A DNA stretch of 64,000 bases from Polyangiales bacterium (GTDB taxonomy: Bacteria; Myxococcota_A; Polyangia; Polyangiales; JADJQN01). The DNA lies in the NCBI GenBank assembly GCA_964202905.1, contig CAXNJO010000001.1, forward strand, positions 704,001 to 768,000. Direction: 5' to 3'. The notes beneath the pieces were generated by a model. That model was not told the origin of the DNA, made no database searches, and saw only the letters and a program-made list of their open reading frames with translations. Shown one piece after another: positions 22,759 through 33,339 of the stretch. Made by a program: the position numbers and the translations under genes. Position 1 is the stretch's first letter. Every line of letters starts with the position of its first letter.

Positions 22759-23296
22759 GCGCGTGTCGGAGGAGTTTCCGGATTGGGACGACTTGCGCGC
22801 GTGGGTGGGCATCGACCCGAAGCGCGTGATCTACCGGAGCGATCACCTCGCCGGGCTCGGGCCGGATGCGCGGATGATCGTCGCGCTGCACGTGTGTGTC
22901 GGTCATCTGCGCTCGGATGGCGGGCAGTTCTTCCTCACGAATGGCGTGCTCGCGGACTGGTGTGCGCCGCTCGCTGCGGGGCTGCGTCGGCTCGGGACGC
23001 CGCGCGCCCGCGCCTATGCGAAGGCGCTCGCGCGCATGGTGGCCATCGCGGAGAAGGCGCGCGTGCTCGAGACGCAGATCAGCCGCGACCTGCCGGAGGA
23101 CGAGGACCCGGCGATGCTGGCGCTCAACGAGTTTGGAGGCGAGCTCGGCTGGATCGCCCATCGGATCGACGATCTCGACGAGGCGCTGCGCTGGGATGTC
23201 GTGAATCGGCTCGATGGGAAGCGCCCGCGCCCGAGCAAGCGTCCGTGGCCGAAGGTCCCGCGCCCGAGCAAGGCCGTGCGGCGCGCGTGGGGATGA
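22751..23296 (+). CDS. Hypothetical protein, weak resemblance to DMP19/DUF4375 family
   Basis: Start overlaps the upstream stop; LRSDGGQFFLTNG...AAGLRRLG pattern. Confidence 0.45.
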   Translation: MNERVSEEFPDWDDLRAWVGIDPKRVIYRSDHLAGLGPDARMIVALHVCVGHLRSDGGQFFLTNGVLADWCAPLAAGLRRLGTPRARAYAKALARMVAIAEKARVLETQISRDLPEDEDPAMLALNEFGGELGWIAHRIDDLDEALRWDVVNRLDGKRPRPSKRPWPKVPRPSKAVRRAWG

Positions 23297-23341
23297 GCGC
23301 GGTCGTGCGCTGAGGCGGTGCGCAGCGGTGCGCCGTGGGGC

Positions 23342-23944
23342 TCAGGGGCGCGTCGCGGTCGCGAGGAAGATCGTGTAGGGGCGGGTCTCCTTCACGAGGG
23401 GACACGCCGTCTCGATCGCGATCTCGGTGAAGCCCGCGTCCGCCATCGACGCTGCGAGCCGCGCGCGGTCGAAGCCGTGGTGGTACACGCCCTCGGTGCC
23501 GGGCGGGTGGAAGTCGCCGGCCTCGCGGTCGAGGTCCGCGAGCGCGAGGCGGCCGCCGGGCTCGAGGTGCGCGAAGAGCGCGCGCAGCAGCGCGTCGGTG
23601 TCGGCGACGTGGTGGAGCGCCATCGCGCTGACGACGCGCGTCACGCGGCGATCGAGCGGGGTCGTGAGCAGGTCCTGGCAGATCGGCTCGACCTTGCCGT
23701 GCAGCGCGGGTTTGGCGGCGAGCTGCGCGAGCATCGCGGGGGAGACGTCGACCGCGAGGACGGTGGCGACCCCCGGCGCGAGGCGCTCGGAGAGCAGGCC
23801 CGTCCCGGCGCCGAAGTCGAGGACGACGTCGTCGGGGCCGAAGCGGACACGCGCGAGGAGCGCGGTGGTGACGCCCTCGGAGATCTGCTGCGGGAGCGGG
23901 CGGGCGTCCCAATCGGTGGCTTTCTCGGCGAAGAGATCGGTCAT
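23342..23944 (-). CDS. Class I SAM-dependent methyltransferase
   Basis: VLDFGAGTGLL, VDVSPAML, SAMALHHV, LEPGGRLALADL, HHGF. Confidence 0.93.
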   Translation of the reverse strand: MTDLFAEKATDWDARPLPQQISEGVTTALLARVRFGPDDVVLDFGAGTGLLSERLAPGVATVLAVDVSPAMLAQLAAKPALHGKVEPICQDLLTTPLDRRVTRVVSAMALHHVADTDALLRALFAHLEPGGRLALADLDREAGDFHPPGTEGVYHHGFDRARLAASMADAGFTEIAIETACPLVKETRPYTIFLATATRP

Positions 23945-23979
23945 GAGAGGGTTTCTCCGGGTGGATTCAGAATCGGATT

Positions 23980-24150
23980 CTCGCGGCGCGCGAATGGCAT
24001 GCTCACAATGCGTGACTGGCACGCTCACGGCGCGTGAAAAGCGCGCTCACGGCGCGCGAATGGCATGCTCACGGCGCGTGACTGGCACGCTCACGGCGCG
24101 TGAAAAGCGCGCTCACGGCGCGCGAATGGCATGCTCACCGCGCGTGAATC
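23980..24150. repeat. Intergenic tandem array of ~8 x 22-bp units with 66-bp (A-B-C) higher-order period
   Basis: A = CTCACGGCGCGCGAATGGCATG, B = CTCACGGCGCGTGACTGGCACG, C = CTCACGGCGCGTGAAAAGCGCG; order A B C A B C A plus a partial unit. Confidence 0.92.
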
Positions 24151-24244
24151 TCGTGTATTCACGGCTGGACTCTCAGGATGTTGGTGGGTCGATGGCGCCG
24201 TTGCGGGAGGTGCGGCACGCGCTCTTCGCGTGTGGATCGCGAGC

Positions 24245-25555
24245 TCAACGCGCGGCGCTGCGGCCCGTGAGCCAGCCGGTGGTCGTCGCGCAGCCGAGGC
24301 CGGTGCCGTCGTGCGCCGGGTCGTGGCCGGCGAGGAGCGCGCCGCAGGCGTAGAGATCGGGGGCGCGCGGGGTGCCGTCACGGTCGAGCGCGCGGTAGGC
24401 GTCGTCGGTGGCGACGCCGGCGCGGGAGGCGGGGGACGCGCGGAAGGGGCTCGTGCCGAAGAGGGCGGCGGTGTCGCGGCCGGCGCTGCTCGAGGCGAGC
24501 GCGAGGACGCGTCCGTCGACGTGGACGGGGAGGCCGGCGAGGGGCTCGAGGAGCTCTCCGCCGCGGACGACCAGGCCGCCGCTCGTGTGCTTGCCCGTCG
24601 CGAGGATGATGGCCTTGCCGCGCAGCGTCTCACCGTCCTCGAGGGTGATGGTGGTGCCCTGCGGACGCGCGTCGATCGCGCGGACCCGCGCGGCGCGGCG
24701 CGCGCAGCCGCTCTCGCGCAGCGCGGCGTCGATGCGGCGCGCGAGGCGCAGGCCCTGCGGCCCGGCGAGCGGCGCGACGACCTCACCGACGGGGACGCCG
24801 ACGAGCGCGCGCAGCGCGGGGGCGACGTCGTCACGCAGCAGGCCGAGCAGCGGCGGCAGGAGGAGCGCCGTGTCCCCGCGCCCTGCGAGCGCGCGCCCGA
24901 GGGCCTCGGCGAGCCGGGCGAGGCCCGCTTCGCCGTCGGCCGCGGTGGCGCGCTCGTGCGGGTGCGGGAGCGTGTCGCTGGGCGCGGCCGTGATCGGGAT
25001 GGGCCGTGCCTCGAAGCGCCGCGCGTCGCCCGCGTGGGCCGCGAGATCCGCGAGCGAGGCCGCGACGAAGGCGCTCTCTCCGGCGCGTGGCCCGGGGAAG
25101 ACGCCGACCGCGATGCAACCGGATTGCATCTCGTCGATCGCGAGCACGGCGTGCTGCGCGGTGCCGGCACGGCGCGGGAGACCGAGATCCGTCGCGAGCA
25201 GGAGCCCCGGGCCGTCGAGGTCGAGGGGCCGGTAGATCGCGAGCGCACCGAGCACGCGGGCGTGGGCCGCGCGCACGGCCTCGACGAGGCCCGCGCCGAG
25301 CTTCGCGTAGGGGTGGTGTGCGTCGTCGCGGGCCCGCGCGACGAGGGCCTCCGCGAGCGTGCGCGCCGGGCGGAAGACCTGCTCGGGCGAGGCTGCGGGA
25401 TCCGTCGCGACGTCCCACGCGCCGCCCGCGAGCACGCTGGCCCCGGCGTGCGCGTCGAGCACCGTGACGCGCGCGCCCGCGTCCCGCGCCCCGAGCGCGG
25501 CGGCGAGGCCGGCGACGCCCGCGCCGATCACGATCACGTCGTCGGCGCGGCTCAT
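24245..25555 (-). CDS. glpB: Anaerobic glycerol-3-phosphate dehydrogenase subunit B-like FAD protein
   Basis: VIVIGAGVAG FAD motif, ILATGKHTSGGL, LYACGALLAGHDP...GLGCATTTG; coupled to the upstream glpA. Confidence 0.8.
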   Translation of the reverse strand: MSRADDVIVIGAGVAGLAAALGARDAGARVTVLDAHAGASVLAGGAWDVATDPAASPEQVFRPARTLAEALVARARDDAHHPYAKLGAGLVEAVRAAHARVLGALAIYRPLDLDGPGLLLATDLGLPRRAGTAQHAVLAIDEMQSGCIAVGVFPGPRAGESAFVAASLADLAAHAGDARRFEARPIPITAAPSDTLPHPHERATAADGEAGLARLAEALGRALAGRGDTALLLPPLLGLLRDDVAPALRALVGVPVGEVVAPLAGPQGLRLARRIDAALRESGCARRAARVRAIDARPQGTTITLEDGETLRGKAIILATGKHTSGGLVVRGGELLEPLAGLPVHVDGRVLALASSSAGRDTAALFGTSPFRASPASRAGVATDDAYRALDRDGTPRAPDLYACGALLAGHDPAHDGTGLGCATTTGWLTGRSAAR

Positions 25556-27264
25556 TCCTTGCGACCGCCTGCGGGCACGCGCTGGCCCTCGAAGCCGAGG
25601 CCACCGGCGCCGAAGCGCGCGGCGAGCAGCTCCTCCTGCTGGGCCTGCGCGCCATCGATCGCCATCGCGCGGCCCTCGTAGCGCTCGACGAGGAAGCGCG
25701 CCGCGAGCAGGTGCGCCTCGCGCGGTGCGTAGCCGTGCTCCTCGGCGACGATCTGCGCGCCGCGGTGCGCGCAGCGCATGCCGCCGCACGCGCCGAGCCC
25801 GAGCCGCGTGCGGCGGGCGACGTCCTCGAGGGTGCGCGCGCCTTCCGCGCGGCAGGCGTGGCGCACCTCGCACTCGAGCACGGGCTCGCAGGGGCAGACG
25901 ACGGCGTGCGGATCGCCTTGTTTTCCCTGGGTCGCGAGCACGTCGCTCGCGCGCGTGCCGTGGCGGTAGACGAGCCTGCGCACCGCGGGCTCGGGCACGT
26001 CGAAGCGCGCGGCGACGGGGCGCGCGTCGGCGACGGCGTCGCCGCCCGGCAGCGGCGCGGTGTGCGTGGTGCACGCCGCCGAGACGCCGAGCTCGCGCGC
26101 GACGACGTCGGTCATCTCCTCGGCGAAGATGCGGAAGCTCGCGAGCTTGCCGCCGATCATCGAGTAGAGGCCGGGCATGGCGTCCTTGGCGCCGTGGTCG
26201 ACGATCTCGTGCTCGCGCGAGAGGGCGTCTTCCGCCGGGCCCCAGGCGTAGAGCGTGGGGCGCGCGCCGACGGTGGTGCCGATGATGCGCGCGTCACGGA
26301 TCGACGGCAGCACGCGCGCGACGCCCGACACGAGGTAGCGCACCTCGTCGGTGGTCGCGCGCATGTCGTCGAGATCGCCGAAGTAGTCGTCGTCCGTGGT
26401 GCCGATCCACGAGAGATTGCCCCACGGCATCACGAAGATCTGGCGGCCGTCGATCGCGTGCGAGACGACCGCGTAGTTGGAGACGCGGCGGTCGTAGCAG
26501 ACGTGGATCCCCTTGCCGGGGCGCACTTTCGTCGAGGTCTTGCCGCCGAGCCCGGCGGTGATCGGCGCCCACGCGCCGGTCGCGTTGACGACGATGCGCG
26601 CGGTCGTCGTCTCGCGGCGGCCGGTGAGCACGTCGCGCGTGACGACGCCGCGCACGCGGCCGGGCGCGCCGTCCGGGCCGGCGTCGCGGACGAGCCCCTC
26701 GACGGCGGTGTGCACGTGCAGGGCCGCGCCGTGCTCGCGCGCGTCGAGGGCGTTGAGCACGCAGAGGCGGTGGCCGTCGGTGCCCCACTCGTCGAAGGTG
26801 ATCGCGCCCGCGAGCTCGGAGGTGAGGCCCGGCTCGAGGCGGCGCACCTCCGCGGCCGTGAGGCGCGTGTGCGGCTTGCCGTGCTTGAGCGGCTGGAAGC
26901 GGTCGTAATAGCTGAAATACGCGTCGACCGCGGCCAGCATCACGGCGGCCTTGCGGGACTCGGCGGGGATCGGGAACAGGAAGGGGATGCGGAAGAGCAG
27001 GTTGGGCGCGATCGCCTGGATGTAGCCGCTGTCGCGGCAGGACTGCTCGGTGACGTCGGGGTGATCGGTGAGGTAGCGGACCCCGCCGTGGATCATCCCG
27101 CTGTTGTTGCCGCTCGCGCCGAAGGCGAGGTCGTTCTTCTCGAAGAGGGCGACGCGCAGGCCGCGCAGCGCGCAATCGCGCGCGACCCCGGTGCCGTTGA
27201 TGCCCCCGCCGATGACGATGACGTCGAACATCGGCCGGTCGTCGTCGCGCGTGATCGTCGCCAT
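25552..27264 (-). CDS. glpA: Glycerol-3-phosphate dehydrogenase subunit A (FAD) with C-terminal BFD-like [2Fe-2S] domain
   Basis: DVIVIGGGINGTGVARDCALRG, SGMIHGGVRYL, VVNATGAW, IGTTD, GGKL, CPCE...RTRLGLGACGGMRC. Confidence 0.92.
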   Translation of the reverse strand: MATITRDDDRPMFDVIVIGGGINGTGVARDCALRGLRVALFEKNDLAFGASGNNSGMIHGGVRYLTDHPDVTEQSCRDSGYIQAIAPNLLFRIPFLFPIPAESRKAAVMLAAVDAYFSYYDRFQPLKHGKPHTRLTAAEVRRLEPGLTSELAGAITFDEWGTDGHRLCVLNALDAREHGAALHVHTAVEGLVRDAGPDGAPGRVRGVVTRDVLTGRRETTTARIVVNATGAWAPITAGLGGKTSTKVRPGKGIHVCYDRRVSNYAVVSHAIDGRQIFVMPWGNLSWIGTTDDDYFGDLDDMRATTDEVRYLVSGVARVLPSIRDARIIGTTVGARPTLYAWGPAEDALSREHEIVDHGAKDAMPGLYSMIGGKLASFRIFAEEMTDVVARELGVSAACTTHTAPLPGGDAVADARPVAARFDVPEPAVRRLVYRHGTRASDVLATQGKQGDPHAVVCPCEPVLECEVRHACRAEGARTLEDVARRTRLGLGACGGMRCAHRGAQIVAEEHGYAPREAHLLAARFLVERYEGRAMAIDGAQAQQEELLAARFGAGGLGFEGQRVPAGGRKE

Positions 27265-27329
27265 GCCCGCAGCGGCCGAATATGGGCCGCTGCGGGGCGA
27301 AGGCAACGCGTGTCGTGGTCGGGTCGCCG

Positions 27330-30300
27330 TCAGGCGCGGCGGCGCGCCGCGCGGCGGCGGAGGGCGAGCGCGAGCAGGCCGAGCGCGGCGAGCGCGGCGC
27401 CGCCTGCACCGGGCGAAGCGCCGTGTCCGGCCGCGCGGCAGGAGCAGCCCTCGGCGGTGCCGTCGACGGGCGGGACCGGGGTGCCCGCCTCGTCGCCGAG
27501 GTCCGCGCCGCCGAGATCCGCGCGACCGGCGTCCGCGCCCGCGTCGGTGTCTGCGCCCGCGTCGGTGTCGACGCCCGCGTCGGTGTCTGCGCCCGCGTCG
27601 GTGTCCGCGCCCGCGTCGGTGTCCGTGCCTGCGTCGAGTGTCGGCGCCCGCGTCGGGGTCGCTGCCCGCGTCCGGCACGCCCGCGTCCGGCACGCCCGCG
27701 TCCGGCATCGGGCGCGGCTCGCACGCGCTCACCGTGAGGTCGCAGCGGCGGTCGGCGGCGCAGTCCACGTCGTCCGTGCAACCGCAGAGGCCGTTGCCGA
27801 GGCAGGCCGCGCCGCGCCCGCCCGCGTCGCAGCGGCCGAGGTCGGTGGGTGCGCACTCGGCGCACGTGTTGCCCGCGCCCACGCAGGCCACGCGGCCATC
27901 CACGCGCCCGGCGCACGCGCCGTCGTCGCGGCACTCGGCGCAGACGCCGGCCGCGCCCGCGGACACGCAGAAGGGCTGCGCGGCGGAGCGGGCCGCGCAG
28001 GCCGCGTCGTTCTCGCACGTGGTGGTGCAGACGCCCACGGTCACCGCGTCGGGCGAGGTGCAGAACAGCGCCGCGGGGCAGCCGTGGCGCTCCGCGCCGA
28101 AGCAGCCGTCGATGCAGCGCCCCGTGGAGGCGTCGCAGATCCGGCCGCTCGTGGCGTCGCCGCACTCGGCGTCGGTCGCGCAGCCGCAGAAGGTGGCCGT
28201 GACGCGCGTGCGGCAGCCGACGCCATCGGCCGCGCCCGCGCAGAGCGCGTCGCCGCCGTTGTCGGCGGTGCCGTCGCAGTCGTCGTCCACGCCGTTGCAG
28301 GACTCGGGCACCGGCGCACCGGGCACGGCGCTGCACGCGGTCGCGGCGCCGTCGCCCGTGCAGACGCGCGTGCCGGACGCGAGGCACGCGCCGACGCCCG
28401 CCTCGCAGACCGCGCCGAGGTCGGCGAAGTCCTCGTCCACCACGCCGTCGCAGTCGTCGTCGAGCGTGTTGCAGCGCTCGGTCGTCGGCGAAACTTCACC
28501 ATCACAGAAGAGGGTCCCTGCGCGGCAGGCGCGCACGCCACGCTGGCAGATGCCGGTGTCGAGGCCGCAGGCGCCGCCCGTGTCGCTCAGATCGTCGTCG
28601 ATGGTGCCGTTGCAGTCGTCGTCCGCGCCGTTGCAGACCTCGGGTGTCGGTCCGACGCTGCTGCCGCAGATCAGCGCGCCAGCGACGCATTCGGTGGTCC
28701 CGAGGGTGCACGCCCCGGTCTCAGTGCCGCACGGGATGCCCGCGTCGGTGGACGCGTCGTCGACGGCGCCGTCGCAGTCGTCGTCGGCGCCGTTGCAGAG
28801 CTCGGTCGTGGGCGCGATCTCGCCATCGCAGACGACCGCGCCCGTGCGGCAGACACGGACACCGCCCTGGCAGGCGCCGGTGTCGGTGCCGCAGCTGCCG
28901 CCGACGTCCGTGGGCGCGTCGTCGACGGCGCCGTCGCAGTCGTCGTCGTCGCCGTTGCAGACTTCGGTCGTCGGGCCAGTGGCGCCGGTGCAGACGAGCG
29001 CGCCGCCGACGCAGGCGTTTGTGCCGGTGGCGCAGGCGCCGGTGTCGGTGCCGCAGGAGCCGCCCGCGTCGGTGGGCGCGTCGTCGACGGTGCCGTCGCA
29101 GTCGTCGTCGGCGCCGTTGCAGAACTCGGTCGTCGGCGCGGTGTCACCCTCGCAGGAGATGGTGCCGCCAAGGCACACGCGCACGCCCGTGGTGCAGGCG
29201 CCGATGTCGGAGCCGCAGGTGCCGCCTGCGTCGCTGGGCGCGTCGTCGACGGTGCCGTCGCAGTCGTCGTCGAGGCCGTTGCAGAGCTCGGCCGTGGCGA
29301 GAGAGGTGTTCGTGCAGCGGTTGTCGAGACCGCAGGTGTCGGCGGTGCAGGTGTTGCCGTCGTTGCAGTCGGCGTCGACGTTGCAGCAGCCCGCGATGGG
29401 CGCGTTCGCGCAGGTGCCGGAGGGCTCGGTGCACGCGTCCGCTGTGCAGACGTCGCCGTCGTCACACGACACGGCGGTGCCTGCGGTGCACACGCCCGTG
29501 AGGCACGTCTCCGCCCCGTTGCACGCGGTGCCGTCGGCGCACGCGGTGCCGTTCGCGACGACGCCGTCGGCGGGGCAAGCCGCCGCGCTGCCGGTGCACG
29601 ACTCGGCGACGTCGCACGCGCCGCTCGCGACGCGGCATTCGGTGCCTGCGGCGACGAAGGCGTCGGCCGGGCACGTCTTCGCGACGCCGTCGCACGACTC
29701 GGCGACGTCGCAGATCCCCGCGACCGCGCGGCAAACGCTGGTCGGGCCCGCGACGCGATCCACGCACACGCCCGCTCCGTCGCAGGTGTCGGGCGCATCG
29801 CAGAGGCCGCTCGTCGCGGCGCCGCACGTCGTCCCGACCGCGGGCAGCGCGCACGCCGCGTCGCAGCCGCACGCCGTCGTGCCGTTCGTGGCGCCGTCGT
29901 CGCACGTCTCACCGTCGTCGAGCGTTCCGTCGCCGCAGCGGTTGAAGGTCGAGCGCAGCACGAGGTCGTCGAGCGCGAGCTCGTCGCGGTTCCCCGTGCT
30001 GCCCGGCACGTCGTCCGTCGACCAGCGCAGGAAGAGGAACTGGCCCGCAGGGACGGCCGCGGGGAGCGTCACGCGCCGCGTGACAGACGACGAAGCCGAG
30101 CGCGTCCGCCGCGGCGCCCGACGCGTAGCTCGCGGCCGGGACGGGCGTGAAGGTCGTGCCGTCGGCGGACCACGCGAGATCGAGCGCCGTCGCCACGGCG
30201 TTGTCGTTGCGGGCCCAGATCGTGTACGAGAGGTCGGCGCTGACGAGCCGCCCGCCGGTCGTGTTCTGCAGGCGGAGGGTCAGCGTGCCAGGCGTCAGGT

Positions 30301-31411
30301 CGGGGCCTGTGGGCTGGAGGCCGAGCGTCGTCGCGCCGCTCGCGACCGCGAAGTTGTAGAGGCCGCCGGTCGTGATCGCGATGGCGCTGCTGCCGCGCGC
30401 GAAATCGCCGGCCGTCTGCGTGCCCCCGAAGGCGAGCGTCCCGTCGCTCAGGCCCGTCACGGCCCAGTTGCGCGAGTCGAGCTGCGTGGCCGTCGGTGTC
30501 GGCGACAAGCCCGCCCCCGCGAAGCCGCGGAACTCGATCACCGTCTTCTGTCCCGCGATCGCGGCGGGCGCCGCGTACGTCTGGAAGGTCGCGAAGTCGG
30601 TCGCGCCGAGGGTGAAGGGGTTGGCGCCGATGTTGGACGGCGCGGTGCCCGCGGCAACGCCCTGGAACTCGTTGGAACGGAAGGCGTTCGCTGCGTTGAT
30701 GAGCGTCGCGACGTAGTCGATGGCCGTGCCGGGCGCTGTGCCGAGGTCGGCGAGCGAGAGGCCGTCCACCTCCCGGTTGCAGGCCGCGCCGAACATCGCG
30801 CCGGGCGCGCGCGAGAGGCCCCGCACGAAGCCGAGCGCGCCGCCCTCGACGAGCGCGAAGACGCTCGCGGAGTCGTCGCGGAGCACGATGGCGAAGTCGG
30901 CCGTGAAGCCCGGCGCGAAGGTGAGCGGCGCCGTCCCGCCGCCCGTCCCGCGACCCGAGACGGCCGCGCGCCCGCCGTCGCCCGTGTCCGTGAGACCGCC
31001 CGTGCCCGTGACGCCGCCGGGGCGCGAGTCGACGTAGATCACGACGCTGTCGTCGACACCGAGGACGCAGGATTCACCCCCTCCAGAGGTGGTGTCCTCG
31101 ATCGCGATCGCGAGGTTGCCGGCCGCGTCGGAGTCGAGGTGCAGCCGCGTGCCCGCGCCGAGCTTGCCCCCGAAGCTCGTGTTGATACCCGTGGTCGATC
31201 CTGCGTATTCGGTGGCACCGATCGCGCCGTCGCGGACGGCGAGGCCTGCGCCGACGTCCGTGATCGCGCGGACCTGCGCGGCCGCGTGCGACGCGAGCGC
31301 GCCTGAGAGCAGGAGCGCGAGGCCGAGCGCGGACGCACCGCGCAGGGCGGGCGTCGATGAGGCGGTACGGGCGGACGAAGGGACATCGGAGCGCGGCGTG
31401 GCGTCGTGCAT
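27330..31411 (-). CDS. Large secreted Cys-rich repeat protein with MYXO-CTERM sorting signal (frameshifts near 30085 and 27635)
   Basis: Signal peptide (LALLLSGALASHAAAQ); CGDGTLDDGETCDDG; disintegrin-like CRxxxGxCDVAESC; about 7 ExCNGxDDDCDGxVD (MopE-type) repeats; DAG linker; GCSCRAAG...AALAALGLLALALRRR tail ending at TGA 27330. Confidence 0.82.
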
Positions 31412-31544
31412 GGTGGCTGGGCGACACGCTATCGGCTGCGGGCGCCGGCGGCAATGGCGACGTCGCGGCGCGCGCATGTGCGATTCGCGGGGGGCGGTTC
31501 GTCGCGCAACGAGCCCGACACGCCGCGGCGCAATGAATCGCCGT

Positions 31545-32480
31545 TCAGTCTTCGGGCAACCGCGTCGCCTCGCGCGGCAGCGTCGCGAGGTCGAAGCGCG
31601 GGACGAGCGCGCGTGGGGAGAGTGATTCGCCGGGCGCGGCGAGGCCGAGCGTCTCTGCGAGGCGGCTGATGATCGCCGCGGGCGTGTGGCCCGCATCGCG
31701 GAGTGAGGCGAGCGAGGTCGAGCCGTGCCGCTTGCCGAGGCGCTGGCCGTCCGCGGCGAGCACGAGCGGGACGTGCAGCCATGCGGGTGGTGTGCCGCCG
31801 AGCGCTTCGGCGAGCGCGATCTGACGCGGCACCGAGGCGCGCAGATCGTCGCCGCGCACGACCTCGGTGATGCCCATCGCGAGGTCGTCGACGACGACGG
31901 CGAGCTGGTAGCTGAAGGTGCCGTCGCCGCGCGCGACGACGAAATCGCCGCCCCCGAGCGTGCCCGGCGCGCACGGCCCCGCGAGCGCGTCGTCGAAGCC
32001 GGGCGCGGGCTCGGGCATGCGGAAACGCCAGCTCGCCAGGCGCTCGGGGTGCGTCGGCCCGTCGCGGCACGTGCCCGGGTACCGCGGGCCCTCGTCGTCC
32101 GGGCCGTGCGGGGCGCTCGCGATCGCGGCGATCTCGCGCCGCGTGCAGGTGCATGGATACACGTGTCCCGAGGCGCGCAGACGCGCGAGCGCGTCGGCGT
32201 AGCGGTGCGTGCGGGCGCTCTGCACGTAGGGCGCGTGCGGGCCGCCGACGTCCGGGCCCTCGTCCCAGTCGAGGCCGAGCCAGCGCAGATCCGCGCGCAT
32301 CGCCGCCTCCGCGCCCGCCACCACGCGCGGGGCGTCGAGGTCCTCGACGCGCAGCACGAACGCGCCGCCCGCCGAACGCGCCCGCAGCCACGCGACGAGC
32401 GCCGTCCGCGCGCTGCCGAGGTGCAGCGCGCCCGTCGGGGAGGGCGCGAATCGCCCGCGGTAGACGTGCGGTCGGCTCAT
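31545..32480 (-). CDS. gluQ: tRNA glutamyl-Q(34) synthetase GluQRS
   Basis: RFAPSPTGALHLGS, LRVEDLD, YPCTCTRREI, YQLAVVVDD, VVRGDDL, RLGKRHG; short, no anticodon-binding domain. Confidence 0.93.
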   Translation of the reverse strand: MSRPHVYRGRFAPSPTGALHLGSARTALVAWLRARSAGGAFVLRVEDLDAPRVVAGAEAAMRADLRWLGLDWDEGPDVGGPHAPYVQSARTHRYADALARLRASGHVYPCTCTRREIAAIASAPHGPDDEGPRYPGTCRDGPTHPERLASWRFRMPEPAPGFDDALAGPCAPGTLGGGDFVVARGDGTFSYQLAVVVDDLAMGITEVVRGDDLRASVPRQIALAEALGGTPPAWLHVPLVLAADGQRLGKRHGSTSLASLRDAGHTPAAIISRLAETLGLAAPGESLSPRALVPRFDLATLPREATRLPED

Positions 32481-32570
32481 GTCGGAGGGGATGTCTGCAC
32501 GCGAAGCGCGCCGCGCGGCGCGGAGATCCGTTGCGTTCTGGCACCGCCCGTGCGTTCCTTCCAGCCCTCC

Positions 32571-33329
32571 ATGCGTGGCCTCGACGACGTCTGCGGATGC
32601 TTCCCCACGGGCCGCCACTACCCCGGCATCGCGGACCTGCTCGCGCGCACGGCCGTGCACGTCGCGGGCCTCGTGCGCGAGCACGCGCCCGACCGCGTGT
32701 GGGCCGCGCAGTCGTTCTGCGTGATCGACTTCGAGACGACCGGGCTCGACCCCGAGAAGGAGCGCGTCGTCGAGATGGGCGTCGTCCTCTTCGAGGGCGG
32801 CGTCGTCGCGACGCGGCGGCAGTGGCTCATCCACCCCGAGATCCCGATCCCCGCGGAGGCGAAGGCCGTCCACGGCATCGGCGACGACGAGGTGAAGGAC
32901 GCCCCGAAGTTCCGCGAGATCGCCGCCGAGCTGCTCGTGCTGCTCGAGGGGCGCATCCCCGTCGCCTACAACGCCGACTTCGATCGCCGCTTCCTGCACG
33001 CGGAGTTCACGCGCGCGGGGTTCGCGCCCGCCGACGCGCGCCCGCCCGCGTTGCGGCCCGACGTCGTGTGGATCGACCCGCTCGTCTGGGTGCGCGAGCT
33101 GCAGAAGTACGAGAAGGGCAAGAAGCTCACCGACGTCGCCGCGCGTCTCGGCATCGCGCTCGACAACGCGCACCGCGCCGACGCCGACGCCGAGGCCGCG
33201 GGCCGCGTCTTGCTCGCGCTCGCGCCGCAGATGCCGAGCACCTACGGCGAGCTCGTGCGCCTGCAGGGGCAGTACGCCGCGCGCCAGGAGGCCGATTTCC
33301 AGGCCTGGCGCGCCCGCAAGGGGGGGTAG
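32571..33329 (+). CDS. DEDDh 3'-5' exonuclease (DnaQ / Pol III epsilon-like)
   Basis: VIDFETTGLD, VHGI, AYNADFD, AHRADADA. Confidence 0.92.
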   Translation: MRGLDDVCGCFPTGRHYPGIADLLARTAVHVAGLVREHAPDRVWAAQSFCVIDFETTGLDPEKERVVEMGVVLFEGGVVATRRQWLIHPEIPIPAEAKAVHGIGDDEVKDAPKFREIAAELLVLLEGRIPVAYNADFDRRFLHAEFTRAGFAPADARPPALRPDVVWIDPLVWVRELQKYEKGKKLTDVAARLGIALDNAHRADADAEAAGRVLLALAPQMPSTYGELVRLQGQYAARQEADFQAWRARKGG

Positions 33330-33339
33330 GCCTCGCACC

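Noticed and set aside
23980..24150. Mini-CRISPR (constant part plus variable part)
   Set aside because: The variable tails are only ~11 bp and recur in ABC order, indicating tandem duplication.
25552..30072. Apparent 1506-aa fusion of Cys-rich repeats to glycerol-3-phosphate dehydrogenase
   Set aside because: A frameshift near 27635 hides the real MYXO-CTERM end (TGA at 27330); glpA has its own ATG at 27264.
25711..31306. Very long + strand ORFs (1479 and 1400 aa) and similar Arg/Ala-rich ORFs throughout the window
   Set aside because: Antisense or alternate-frame shadows of real genes, expected in very GC-rich DNA; no recognisable motifs.
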